Shown in pieces: positions 1 to 11,824 of a stretch of DNA of 40,810 bases. Under the pieces are notes generated by a model that was given only the letters and a program-made list of their open reading frames with translations, did not search any database and was not told the origin of the DNA. The stretch is from Welwitschia mirabilis (taxonomy: Eukaryota): positions 40,854,693 through 40,895,502 of the forward strand of contig JBOZIK010000001.1 of the NCBI GenBank assembly GCA_051453625.1. Reading direction: 5' to 3'. The position numbers and the translations under genes were made by a program. Every line of letters starts with the position of its first letter. The stretch's first letter is position 1.

Positions 1-1282
1 ACTTGAGAAATTGGACTGGTTTTGTCAGATTTTAGCACCTTATAGTTCAGTTTCATTTCCTTCTTTTCTTTGGTGAGAGTCTTCACTACTCTGTTCAGAT
101 TATTTATCCTCTTAGCTAGCTTTTCACATTTATCATACAACTCTTGACATGTATCTTCTAACTCATCCTCTTCTTCATTGATCATATCCAAGTCATCAGG
201 CTCTGACGTGCTAAGAACATCTTTGAGTGATGGCACATTAGCTATAAAAATTAACCTTCTATCTTTGTCTAATTATTGATTTGAGTAAATTTTATCATCA
301 TTATTATCATTGTCTCATGTGATAATGAAAAAGGGATTCTTTGATTTCCTATTATCTCTTCTTGTGTTGGGGCACTTATTTGTCATGTAACCAAATCCTT
401 TGCATATGTAGCATTGGATCTCTTTACCTTTTTCTTGCTCCTTTCTATGTTTCAAATGACTCCTTTTTGAATTTCTACTTAATTCTCTTTCTTTTTTATT
501 CCTATGAAGAAATTTCTGAACCTTTTGGCTAAAAGAGCCACTTCATTATCATCCAAGTCCTTATCTGATCTTTCAGATCTATAGTCTTCCTGAATGCATT
601 TTAAAGTAATACCTTTGTTCTTATACTTAACAAATTTAAGCTCATAGGTTTGCAAATTACCTTAAAGTTCTTCTAGTACCATTGCATTTATGTTCTTGCT
701 CTTCTTGATAGCTATGACTTTTGGTTTGAATCTCTTAGATAGGGATCTCAAGACTTTTCTTACCACTTTTCCTTTATCCAAGAATTCTTTAAGGCTTGCC
801 ATCGAGTTTATGATATCAGTGAGTCTAGCAAAAAATTCCTGTAAGATCTCTTTTTCATCCATATGAATATCTTTAAATTTTGAAATAAGCATATGAAGTT
901 TAGCTTGTTTTATAGTTGAGGTTCCTTCATAAGATACTTCAAGAATGTCCCAAGCTTTCTTAGCATTATTACAATTTACTATACGCTTAAATTCATCTGC
1001 AAAAACTACACAAAATATGGCATTAAGAGCACAAACATCTATAGTATTTTTTGACTTATTAGTGAAGGTCCATTGATCTTGGGCTTTGGGAACTAGGATG
1101 GTGTTATCATTGACATCAGTTTGAGTTAACATAGGCATAGTGTAATCTTTACAAATAACTTCCTCTATGTTGACATCTAAAGATCTAAGAAATATTCTCA
1201 TTCTAGCTTTCTAATAAGCCTAGTTTAACCCATCAAACATAGGTGGCCAATAGATGGAAAATCCATCAAATGGATTACTCAT
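1..1282 (-). pseudogene. gag: Decayed copia gag (UBN2-type capsid, CCHC knuckle, start of coiled coil)
   Basis: ORF 662-1201 carries AWDILE..YEGT and KVVRKVLRSL motifs. Knuckle CYICKGFGYMTNKC at 372-413 has H->Y. In-frame stops are present. ATG at 1280-1282. Confidence 0.92.
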
Positions 1283-1333
1283 TTAAGAGTTCTAAAGTTA
1301 AGATTAGTTAAAATCTAAAGAAGACTTAACTTA

Positions 1334-1345
1334 GCTCTGATACTA
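1334..1345 (-). promoter_or_regulatory. Primer-binding site (tRNA-iMet) of E1
   Basis: Minus strand TAGTATCAGAGC, one mismatch to TGGTATCAGAGC, 2 nt from the LTR end. Confidence 0.9.
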
Positions 1346-1347
1346 AT

Positions 1348-2836
1348 TGATAGGATTGAGAACCCTAGAGGGGGGTGAATAGGTTCTTTAAAAAATATCC
1401 AACACAATATACTAAATTATCCAAACTTTAAACAAAACTTGCATCCAATACTTAACTAATCCAAAATGTGCATGTAAATAAGAAAATAATAGAAGTAAGG
1501 AAATAATAACTAAAAACATAAAAATACCAAATAGATGCACGTTGGATTTATAGTGGTTTGGAAAATCCCTTACTCCACTCTCGACAATTAGCCCATCCCC
1601 AAGCTAAATCTCGAAACTTCGTTACTCTACTAGATATTTCATGTTCACCTATAACCTTTATAAGCGGACTTTTCTAGGCTTAGTTTCAACCAAGGCTTGG
1701 TCTCAACCTTTTATAAAGCAAAGTAGTAATGTAGTGATGCCAAATATGCTTAGATATCACTCGTTCTTGTTTCAATAGGATTGATGGAGCTCTTTCCTAT
1801 ATATGTAAAATGGATGAAGCACAGGATCTGATCTTAAATGTAGAGATGAATACAAATAATAGATCCTTCTGGTTATAAGTATAAATGCCAAGATACAATA
1901 ATGAAATATCACAAGATTACAATGCTTGTTCCTTAGATCCAATAGATTAACACCATTGAAATTAGTTCCAAAAGATTTTATAGTCGTCTATCTCTTGTCT
2001 ATTTATATTAAAAGGCTTTTAAGGTTTATTACATTTGAAATGTACTTTCAACGACCATAAATCTCTAGAAAATGGCTAGAAATGGCTATCCAATGGCTAC
2101 ATAACGAATACATAATGACTAGAAAATTTATATTCCATTCCATCTAGTCGATCCCTCAAAAGTTTAGTCGATCCTATCTAGTGATGTAACTTATATAGGT
2201 CGCCTGATAGAAAATTTTAGTCACCACAATTCTTATGGATTCATGTCCTGTTAACCCCATTTGGGTTCAGGTGATCCCAGTCCAGTTGCCTGCTACAAAA
2301 TCTGGTCACCCACTTAACATGATAAAATTCTTTCCAGTTTTTAGTATTAGGTCTAGTTGACCCCTTGAGGTGTCCATTCGACCCAATGATGATTGGCTCA
2401 GGAGTATTAGCTGCAAAGTGCTCAGGTCTAGTTAGCTCCATCATAGGTCTGGTCCACCCCTTTTCATTTAATCTAGGGATATTATTTATTAGGTCCTCAA
2501 ATCTAGTTAACCCCATAAAGGTCTGGTCGACCCCTTGTCATTCGGTTCAGGGACATTGGTTCTTAAGGTTACAAGTTTCATTGACTCCATCAGAAATCCA
2601 GTCGACTCCTCTTGATGCAGTTCATTTTCTATCTGCTTCAAGTGCGGTCAACCACTTAAAAATCCAGTCGACCCTCAAGAGGATAAAAGAACTGACAGGT
2701 CTCTAATGCTTAGAAATTGATGGTTTCGATTTCATCTTTTGACTTACAAGTAATTTACATCTTCTACACAAGATACAAAAAATTTGCTATACATAAAACA
2801 TTATTTTGACATCAATTAGCAAAACATAAACTAACA
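1348..2836 (-). repeat. 5' LTR of E1 (~1.49 kb, subtype alpha)
   Basis: TG...CA termini, C-rich CCTATTCACCCCCCTCTAG motif near the U5 end, array of GGTCGACC-type motifs, collinear with both E5 LTRs. Confidence 0.9.
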
Positions 2837-3561
2837 TGGTTGATCCTATCTGGTGTTCTGACTTACACAAGTCACCCTAGTAAAGTTTTTGGTCATCCTA
2901 GTTTCTTATAGCTCCATGTTCGATCGATCCCTCAAGGTCTGGTTGATCCTCATCAGATCATCCGCAATGCTATCAGTTACCTGCTAGTCTTGATAAAAGA
3001 TCATTCCAATTTCTTGCATCAAGTCTAGTCGACCCCTTCAGGTTTTCTATTAACCCCATGACGATCGACTTGGGGATATCAACTGTAAGGTTCTTAGGTT
3101 CGACTGACTCCTTTAAAATTCTGATCAACTCCTTGATAATAAATTTAGAAGTACTAGTCTTAGATTTCATAGATTCAGTCGACCCCATCATAGATCTAAT
3201 CAATCCCTTGACATTCAGTTCAGGGATATTGTTCCTAGGTCAATAAATCCAGTCAACCCTATAAAAGGTCTAGTCGACCTCTTATAATTCAGTTTAGGGA
3301 TACTATTCTCAGGATCATATGTCTAGTGGATCCCCTTAGAAATCCAATCTACCTGTCTGAATTCAGTTCATTTTTGAGTGTCTGCTCTAGGTGTGATCAA
3401 CCCCTTGAAAGTCTACTCGATCCCTCAATAGGGTAAATGAACTTAATAGGTTTTTTAGCTTTAATATCTAACCTGTAATTGATTAACATCTTCTGCATAA
3501 GATATACAAAATTTACTTCATAGAAAACATTAGTTTGACATTAACAAAACATAATCTAATA
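2837..3561 (-). repeat. U3 portion of the 3' LTR of E2 (subtype beta), cut by the E1 insertion
   Basis: Starts TATTAGATTATG (TG->TA) right after the PPT. Matches the U3 of LTRs 10171-11824 and 14321-15933 (e.g. CTTGATAAAAGATCATTC) and stops abruptly at the E1 LTR. Confidence 0.85.
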
Positions 3562-3562
3562 A

Positions 3563-3573
3563 TCTCCCCCTTT
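3563..3573 (-). promoter_or_regulatory. Terminal polypurine tract of E2
   Basis: Minus strand ATCAATGTC-AAAGGGGGAGA-T then LTR. A second degenerate copy (AATGTCAAAAGGAGAAGAATT) lies at ~4075-4095, the multiple-PPT pattern of Sireviruses. Confidence 0.88.
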
Positions 3574-4143
3574 GACATTGATGGCAAATAATATTTAGTT
3601 GTGGAAATATTTATCATTAAGACTGAGAAAAATTCCCATCAAAAAATTCTTGTTTTTCTTTGTAAAATATTAGGGCTTTTGAAACCGTTTGAAGACATTT
3701 TGATAAGTAAAATTTTATGCTAAAATAGAAACAGTTTTAAAGTGCACAATTGGAGAGTTAAGAACACAATATGTCTGAAAAGCATAATGTGATTACATAA
3801 ACCATTTAACATATAGATTATTAATAATTTTAGAGTTAATTTCCAATATGGGATAACAATATTTGAGTCTATAGGATAATAACGTTTGAAACTTTAATAT
3901 TCATCATTGAAAAATGTGAAGTTCATATGAATTGCACTAAAAAATTTAAGATACCAATTGAAAACATATAACTAAGTGCATGTTGATTCCATTAAACATA
4001 AGCATGACAGAATAAAAGTACTCATTAATAGCATACCACATTTAAAGGCATAAGCAATGAACAACAAATAACTAATTCTTCTCCTTTTGACATTAATGGT
4101 AAATGAGAGAACAAAAGCACATAAGCAAAACATAATTAAATTT

Positions 4144-5187
4144 CTAATTAGATTCCTCTTCCTCTTTTTCTTTCTCTTTAGAATCTTCTTCTGAATCTTC
4201 TTCTTCATCTCATCCCATGCATGCTAAGCTAGTGGCCTCTACTGAAGTATCAACAATGTCATACCCAGTTGTTATGAGTGCTTCCTTTATATGTCTAGTA
4301 TGGAAATCAATCCATCTCAGGTATTAAAAAGTCTCATTAAGAGAGGCTTCCTTTGGAGAAAGTAACTTTGATAACTTCTTAGAAGGGACAAAGATGTGCA
4401 TACAAGATAGTGTTGCACACCCAATTGGTGTCATGGGTTATAAGTTTTCAAGCTTTGGATAAAAGGATACATGAAAATGATGGCATAAATTTATGATAAG
4501 CACAGAGTAGGATAAGGTCTTAGTCTTGTGATACTCCAACTGAGAGACCATATTCTTTAGTATGATGGCAGGAGCATTAATAGAATGATAAAGATCAACC
4601 AGATACATCAAATATGTTCTATAGCTAGAGGCCTCATCATGATGCCCCACTAATGGTAGAAAATTATAAGTAAAAATCAAATGAATAGAATGGTACTTAA
4701 ATGTAAGTAGTAAAGTGAAAAGGGTGTGTTTCCAAGTGTGATTCTTACCACAGATCTCTCTTGTCATTGCTGCTTTATCTTCCATGGTATCATGAAGAGG
4801 CTAAAAATCTTTATAATCATCTCTAAAAAGATGTAACATTAGAGATAAGATTTGTAATAATCCTTAGCCGCTTCCCCAAAATAAGGGTTTCAAAGGTTTC
4901 TGAATAATTATTATAAGTTGCATTACAATAAAATATACAAGTAAGAAAAGGATAAGTAAAACTAGGAACATCTAAAAAATTGTTAAGACCTAATTTCTAA
5001 GGATCTAAATCACTTCTCTAAGCTCTCTAAGCTTTAAGATTATCATAGACCATTTTTGACAAATAGGTTTCTTTTTAAACTTCTTTAAAAACTTTTCAAT
5101 GTCCTTCTCATCCATCCCTTAGTAAAAGACTACAGGATCTCTTCTTGGAGTTTTATTAACTTTCTACCTTGAAGATCTGGTAGTCAT
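4144..5187 (-). pseudogene. Env-like extra ORF (Transposase_32-like putative plant transposon protein), decayed
   Basis: MTTRSSR.., YPFLTCIFYCN, LIFTYNFLPLVGHHDEAS and LSYSVLIINL resemble the YP.LV..FY.N, N.LP..GH and LPYG.LIT motifs of Sirevirus/Athila extra ORFs. Acidic tail DEEEDSEEDSKEKEKEEEESN*. Stops and frameshifts present. Confidence 0.75.
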
Positions 5188-5520
5188 TTCTACCTTCTTT
5201 AAGAACTTGGAAGCAAGAAAAATGAGAGAAAATAATTAGATCTAAGAGTAAAGCTCTGAATTTGGAAGAAAAAATTATAGATCTGAGAGATAGAGAGGGC
5301 TAGAACACAATGAAAATGAATCAGGAGCCTCCTTCATTTATAGAGGTAATAAAATAAGGTGATTTGAAGAGTGAAATTAGGTCCCGTAATGGTAATTTTG
5401 CACTGTGATCTATTAGGTCTAGTTAATCAGTCAAAGTTTTAGTCAATCTATTGAGATGCAGCTAGTCACCTGAACCTCTTCTAGTCGACCAAATTATGGA
5501 TCTAATTGACCATCTTATAA

Positions 5521-7068
5521 TTAGCTATAGAATGATGATTTAACCCCTAATTCACATTTGTAATCCATTAAAAAAATTATAGAAATGGGTTTTTACTTCA
5601 CAATTTTCCAAAAAAAGTCTAGTTATACTAAAATTTAAGCCAGTGTTTCCATTTTTAATATTGTACTTCATATAATTTAACTGATAATTGTATAAATTCA
5701 TACGAGTATCTATTTGATAAATATTATCTATTCAATTTGAAGTAAGAACAAAAAAATTTATTTTTACATTCATAGTTTTACATTTTGATTTTTGAAATAC
5801 TATTTTATGACCTTTGTCATATAATTGAATGATACTTAATAAGTTATGCTTCAAGCCATTCACATACAATACATCATTAAGTTTAGATAAATTACTTTTT
5901 TTGATACATCCTATGCCTTATATTCTTAAGTTTTGATTGTTTCTAAAAGTAACATCTCCTTTATCAATACTTCTCAAGTGTTAAGAACTTAATCTTTCTT
6001 TTGTCATGTGCCTTGAGCATCACTATCTAAGTATCAACTATTTGTACTTGATCCTTTAAGAGCTATCTATGTTAAAAGACTTTTAAGATTATTAGCTCTT
6101 ACCCACTTAATCTTATTAGACTTATATAGTATACTTCTTTTATGAGAAAATTTAAATGGTAAAGAATCCATAGAATTTAAAAAAAGTATTAACTTTTTGA
6201 TATTGTAAAATAACTTTGAATGTCTAATTTTACCATAAAAATTATATGAAATACATTTTCTAGTTACTTATTTTTATGGATTTTGGGAAATGAAGCCAAT
6301 ACCTAATTTATCTCTAGTAGATTTCCACACTTCAAGCATCTCTTCTAACTTAAAAGAACCACTAGAAAATTTATTAATAAAGAAAGATAGATCTTTTACC
6401 TATGATAAGAGATTGTTATTGTTATATTTTAGCACATTGTACTTCATTTCTATTTCCTTATTTTCTTTGATGAGGGAATTCACTACTTTTTTCAAATCAT
6501 TTATTCTTTTTGCTAGCTTTTCACATTCTTAATATAGCTCATAACATGTATCCTCTAGCTTGTTCTCTTCTTTATAGATTATGTTTATGTTATTAGACTC
6601 TAATGTGCTAGGTAAGTTTTTTAGACAAGGTACAATGGCCATAAAGGATAACCTTCTGTCTCTATCTAACTCCTGACTTGAACTATTATCGTCATCATCA
6701 TTCTTATTACCCCATGTTGCAATAAAAGAAGGATTCCTTGTTTTTCTATTATCTTTTTTTATGCTTAAGAACTTATTTATCATATGACGAAATTATTTAC
6801 ATAAGTAGCATTAGATTTATTTACATTTTTCTTGCTCCTTTCTATATTTCAGATGACTTCATTTTAAATTTCTACTTGACTCATGTTTCTTTAACTTTCT
6901 ATGTAGAAACTTCCTGGATCTTCTAGCTAAGAGAACCACTTCATCATTATCCAAGTTCTCATCTGATCTTTTAGATTTGTATTCTTTCTACACACATTTC
7001 AAGGTAATATCTTTCTTTTTATCTTTAACAAATTTAATTTCATAAATTTGTAAATTACTTTGTAGTTC
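5521..7068 (-). pseudogene. E2 gag C-terminus and protease fused to RNase H tail
   Basis: Knuckle remnants, RRLSFMAIVP..ELEDTCYELY coiled-coil region, protease remnant, then NYMKYNIKNGNTGLNF..ELGVKSSFYS* (one frameshift) ending at 5521. Confidence 0.8.
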
Positions 7069-7168
7069 NNNNNNNNNNNNNNNNNNNNNNNNNNNNNNNN
7101 NNNNNNNNNNNNNNNNNNNNNNNNNNNNNNNNNNNNNNNNNNNNNNNNNNNNNNNNNNNNNNNNNNNN
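7069..7168. other. Assembly gap (100 N)
   Basis: Run of N. Confidence 1.
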
Positions 7169-7656
7169 GTAAGCAAAGAATTGTTAAGGGTGTTCTTTCA
7201 GGTGTGAGTCTTATCACAAATCTTCCTTGTGACTATAGGTTTGTCTTCTATGGTCTCATGAAGAGGCCAAAACTCTTCATAGTTACCTCTAGAAAGATCA
7301 GTAAGATCAAAGATAAGATGTGCAATAACCCTCAGCTATTTCCCCAAAATAAGGGTTTCAAGGGTTCCTGAATCATGATCATAAGTTGCTTTACAATAAA
7401 ACGTACAAGTAAGAAAAGGATAAGCAAAACCAGAAACATCGAGAAAATAATCAATATCTTGATTTCTTAGGATTTAAATCACTTTCTTAAGCTCTTTAAG
7501 CTCTAAGGTTACCATAGACTGTTCTTGACAAATAAGCTTCTTGTCGAACTTCTCTAAAAAATTTTCAATGTCATCCTTAAACAGCCCTTGGTGGAAGATA
7601 GAAGCATCCCTTACTAGAGTTCCTTTGAATCTATTTCTTGAAGAGCTTGTAGCCAT
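7169..7656 (-). pseudogene. Env-like ORF of E3, 5' part
   Basis: MATSSSRNRFKG..DIENFLEKFDKKLICQE..YPFLTCTFYCK, collinear with the E2 env-like ORF. Confidence 0.75.
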
Positions 7657-8001
7657 TTCTACCTTTTTCAAGAGCTTGAAAGTAAGAAAAATAAGAGAAA
7701 ATAACTAGATGAGCAAAACTCTAGATTTAAAGGGGGGGTTTAAGACACAATGAAAATAAATCAAGAGCCTCTTTCATTTATAGAGATGGTGAAATAGGGA
7801 AATTAGAAGAGTGAAATCAGGTCTACTAATAGTACTTTTACACTGTGACCCATCAGGTCTGGTCGATTGGTTTAAGTTCTAGTCGACACATCGAGATGTG
7901 GGTCTACATTATAGGAAGAAATTTAGACGATCAGGCTTTCAAGCCAATCAACTAACCACATTTGGTTAACTAAATTATGGATCTAATTGATCACCCTGCA
8001 A

Positions 8002-10139
8002 TTAGCTAGAGGATAAGGAGTTAACCTCTAATTCATGTTTATGATCAATAAGAAAGTTTTGGAAATGGGGTTTCACATTAGAATTTTCTAGAAAACATTT
8101 AGTTCTATCAAAATTTAAGTCAATATTTTCATTTTCAATGTTGTTGTTTATATAATTTAACTAATCATTGCACAAATTCACATGCGTGTCTATTCTATAA
8201 ACATTATCTACTCAATTTGCAATAAGGACAACTTCATTTCACATTTATTATTTCACATTTTAATTTTTCAAACACTATTTTGTAACCTTTGTTATACAAT
8301 TGACTAATACTCAACAAGTTATGCTTCAAACCATTTACATATAACACATCATTAAGTTTAGGTAACTTTCCTCCTTTGATGCATTCTATACCTTCTATTC
8401 TTGCTTTTTCATTATTTTCAAAAGTAACATCTTCTCCATCAATACTTCTTAAGTGTTAAAAATTTAATCTTTTTTCCATTATCCACTGTTTAAGTACCAG
8501 CTATTTACACTTGATCCTTTGAGAGCTATTTGTGTTAAAAGACTTTTAAGATTATTAGCTCTTACCCACCTAGTCTTGTTAAACTTATGTGGTACACTTC
8601 TTTTAGGAATAAATTTAAATGGAAAAGAATTTAAAGAATCTAAAAAAAGCATTAACTTTTTAATATTGTAAAATAATTTTGAATATCTAATTTTACCACA
8701 AAAATTACATGAAACTCTAAAAGTTACATTATCTATTTACCTAATCTTATTGATTTTGAGAAATACCTGATTTGTCTCTAGTACATTTTTAAAATCTAAG
8801 TATTTGTTCTAAATTAGAAGAACAACCATAAAATTTACTAACAAAGAAGGATATATCTTTTATCTATGACAAGAGAATGATATTGTCATATTTTAACACA
8901 TTGTACTTTATTTCTATTTCCTCCTTCTCTTTGATGAGGGACTTTACTACTTTGTTCAAATCATTTATTCTTTTTGTTAGCTTTTCAATTATTTATATAG
9001 CTCATGACACGTATCCTCTAGCTCATTCTCTTTCTCATTGATTATGTTCAAATCATTAGGCCCTGATGTGCTAGGTAAGTTTTTGAGAGAAGGCACAATT
9101 GCCATGAAGGATACTCTTCTGTCTCTGTCTGACTCTTGACCTAAACTATTGTCATCATCATTATCCTCATTATCTCATATTATAACAAAAGAAGGATTTC
9201 TTGTTTTTCTATTGTCAATTTTTATGTTTGAACACTTATTTACCATATGATCAAATCTTTTGCATGAGTAGCATTAGATTTCTTTACCTTTTTCTTTCTC
9301 CTATATGTATTTTAGATGATTCGTTTTCGAGTTTATATTTGACTCACCTTCCTTTTTCTTTCTATGTAAAAACTTCCTAAATCTTCTGGCTAGGAGAGCC
9401 ACTTCATCATCATCCAAGTCCTCATCTAATCTTTCATACCTACATTCTTCTTGCACACATTTCAAGGTAATACTTTTCTTTTTATGTTTAATAAATTTAA
9501 GTTCATAGGTTTATAGATTACCTTGTAGCTCTTCTAATGCCATTGCATTTATTTTATTGCTCTTTTGATGGCTATGACCTTTGGATCAATCTTTTTGGTA
9601 GAAATCTCAATAGCTTTTTGACCACCTTTCCTTTATCCAACCATTCTACAAGGCTTGCTATAGAGTTTATAATATCAGTGAGTCTTACAAAGGACTCCTA
9701 CAAAGTCTCCTCCTTATCATACAGATGTCTTAAAACTGAGAAATAAGCATTTGAATTTTTTCTTGCTTTACAGTTGAAATTTCTTTGTGTAATACCTCAA
9801 GAATATCCCAAGCCTTTTTAACATGATTACAATTCACCATGTGTTTAAACTCATTTGCATAAACTATTCAAAATATTGCATTAAGGGCACAGGCATCTAT
9901 GGTAGCTTTGGTTTTATCAGTGGTACTCCATTAATCTTGGAATTTGGAAACTAAAGTGGTATTATCATTGGCATCCATTTTTGACATCATAGGCATAAAA
10001 TAATACTTATAGATAACTTCTTCTTTATTATCATTTAAGATCTAAAAAAAATTCTCATTTTAGCTTTCTAGCATGCATAGTTTGATTTGTCAAACATGGG
10101 TGGATGACTGGTGAAAAAACCATCAGATGGATTACTCAT
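8002..10139 (-). pseudogene. gag: E3 gag-protease-RNase H tail
   Basis: MSNPSDGF start, KAWDILEV, two knuckle remnants, YVNGLKHNLLSISQLYNKGYKIVFEKLKCEI, then VDNVYRID..NYINNNIENENIDLNF..ELEVNSLSSS*. Confidence 0.88.
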
Positions 10140-10170
10140 TGTAGGGTTCTAACTTAGCTTAAATACCAAT

Positions 10171-11824
10171 TGATAGAATTAAGAATTCTAGAGGGGGAGT
10201 GAATAGGTTCTTTTAAAAAATAAAATAAAATAAACTAAATAAACTCACGATATACCAAAATCTTACTCAAAATAAATTGCTAATAAATTTATACATGTAA
10301 GAAAAAACTAAATGTATTCAAGGTAATAAAAATAACTAAAGTGTAAAATACCAAATAGATGCATGCAGGATTTATAGTGGCTCGGGAAATCCCCTACTTC
10401 ACTCTCGATGATCATCTTATCACTAAGCTTGATTCGGATCTTTATTACTCCTCTAGGTATTCTAGGTTTACTTATAACCTTTACAAATAGGCTTTTCTAG
10501 GCTTAGTCTTAACCTTTAAATATATTTTTCTAGGCTTAGTCTTAACTTTTAAATAGACTTTTGCAGGCTAAGTCTCAACCTTTCACAATGTAAGATAGTG
10601 ATGCAATAATGACAAGATGCATAGATATCACTCATTCTTAGGTACAGTAGTTTTGATAGAGCTCTTCTCATGGATATAGTACAATAAATAAAGCATTAGA
10701 TCTAACCTGAATGTACAAATAATACAAATGATAGATATTCCTTAGTTAGAAATACAAATGCCAAGATCCAACAATAAATATCATAATTTTCAGTCCTTTG
10801 ATCAAGATTCAAAAGATATTCAAAAGTTTAAAAGAGTTTAGAAAAAAAGGTTCTTTTGTCTTTTCTCTCTTGGCTATTTATCTTGAAAGGATTTTAGGGT
10901 TTATGAAAATTGAAAATGTGCTTCCAACAGCTATTAATGGCTAGAAAACAACTATCTAATAATACATAACAGATACAAATGGATAAAAAATTTTAGTTTC
11001 TTTTCAGCCGATTGACTTCTTAAAAGTTTGGTTGACCCCATCTAGTGTCGTGACTTATATAGGTTACCTGAGTGAAGTTTTCGGTTGTCCTAGTTTCTTA
11101 TGACTCCACATCTGATCAATCCCTTAGGATCATGTCGACCTCCATTTGGTTTTCCATAATTCTGTCCAGTTGCCTGCTAGTCTTGATAAAAGATCATTCT
11201 AATTTTCTGCAGTCCAGTCAATCCCTTTAAGTACCCAGTTGATCCTATAATGATTGGCTTAGGAATATCAGCTACATAATGCTTAGGTTCTGTAGATCCC
11301 TTTAAAGATTTAATTGATTCCTTGACAAGTGATTTAAAAGTACTATTTTTAGGTTTATAGATTTGGTTGAGTCTATCATAGATCTAGTCGATCCTTTATC
11401 ATTTACTTCAGGGATACTGTTCCTAAGTCCATGAATCCACTCAACCTCATAAAAGGTCTGTTAATCCCTTATCATTTGGTTTATAGATACTAATACTTAA
11501 GATCATAGGTATGGTTGACCTCATCAGAAATCTGGTCGACCCCTCTGAATTTAGTTTAATTCTAAGTGTCTGCTCCAGGTGTGGTCAATCCCTCTGAATT
11601 TAGTTTAATTCTAAGTATCTGCTCTAGGTGCGGTCGACCCCTTGAAATTCCAGTTAACTCCTCAAGAGGATAAGTAAACTTAATAGGTTTGTAGTAATCA
11701 GAATTTGAAAATTTTAGCTTCAACATTTAACTTGTCAGTGATTAACATCTTCTGCACAAGATAAATAAAATTTTCTACATAGAAAACCTTAGTTTGATAA
11801 CAATTGGTAAAACATAATCTAATA
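10171..11824 (-). repeat. 5' LTR of E3 (~1.65 kb, subtype beta)
   Basis: TATTAGATTATG...TTCTATCA, C-rich U5 motif, collinear with 14321-15933. Confidence 0.9.
11541..11638. repeat. 49-bp tandem duplication inside the E3 LTR
   Basis: CCCTCTGAATTTAGTTTAATTCTAAGT(G/A)TCTGCTC(C/T)AGGTG(T/C)GGTC.. x2. Single copy in the E4 LTR. Confidence 0.9.

Larger units (their letters stand above)
1..2836 (-). mobile_element. E1: 5' part of a Ty1/copia Sirevirus-type LTR retrotransposon (5' LTR, PBS, gag), running off the left edge
   Basis: On the minus strand: LTR TGTTAGTTTATG...TCCTATCA (2836->1348), then a PBS-Met-like site, then a gag frame MSNPFDGFSIYWPPMFDG..KARMRIFL..NAKKAWDILEVSYEGT..KVVRKVLRSL. Confidence 0.93.
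2837..7068 (-). mobile_element. E2: 3' part of a pol-less Sirevirus-type element (gag C-terminus, PR, RNase H tail, env-like ORF, multiple PPTs, interrupted 3' LTR)
   Basis: Degenerate YLDS..SRHMT at ~6003-6036, HNLLSIIQLYDKGHKIV, env-like ORF 4144-5187, PPTs at ~4077-4090 and 3563-3573, LTR start at 3561. Confidence 0.88.
7169..11824 (-). mobile_element. E3: 5' LTR, PBS, gag-PR-RNase H tail and start of env-like ORF of a pol-less Sirevirus-type element, cut by the gap
   Basis: LTR 10171-11824, degenerate PBS TGGTATTTAAGC at 10157-10168, gag ATG 10137-10139, WYLNSG protease remnant at ~8482-8499, stop at 8002-8004, env-like ATG 7654-7656. Confidence 0.9.

Noticed and set aside
2241..3246. 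ORFs 2241-2516, 2365-2706, 2973-3203 and 3058-3246 (also 15329-15620, 17051-17305, 23186-23386) as genes
   Set aside because: They lie in LTR U3 palindrome arrays. The GSTR/VDP peptides are translations of the GGTCGACC motif.
1348..3561. Single 2.2 kb LTR shared by two tandem elements (PBS on one side, PPT on the other)
   Set aside because: A complete LTR terminus at 2836 and a switch of LTR subtype there fit a nested insertion better.
6988..7217. ORFs spanning N gaps (also 13303-13755 and 19396-19749)
   Set aside because: Artificial read-through of placeholder Ns.
4700..9530. E2/E3 duplication as an assembly artefact across the gap
   Set aside because: The copies were only ~80% identical in a sampled stretch and have independent indels, so they are distinct old copies.
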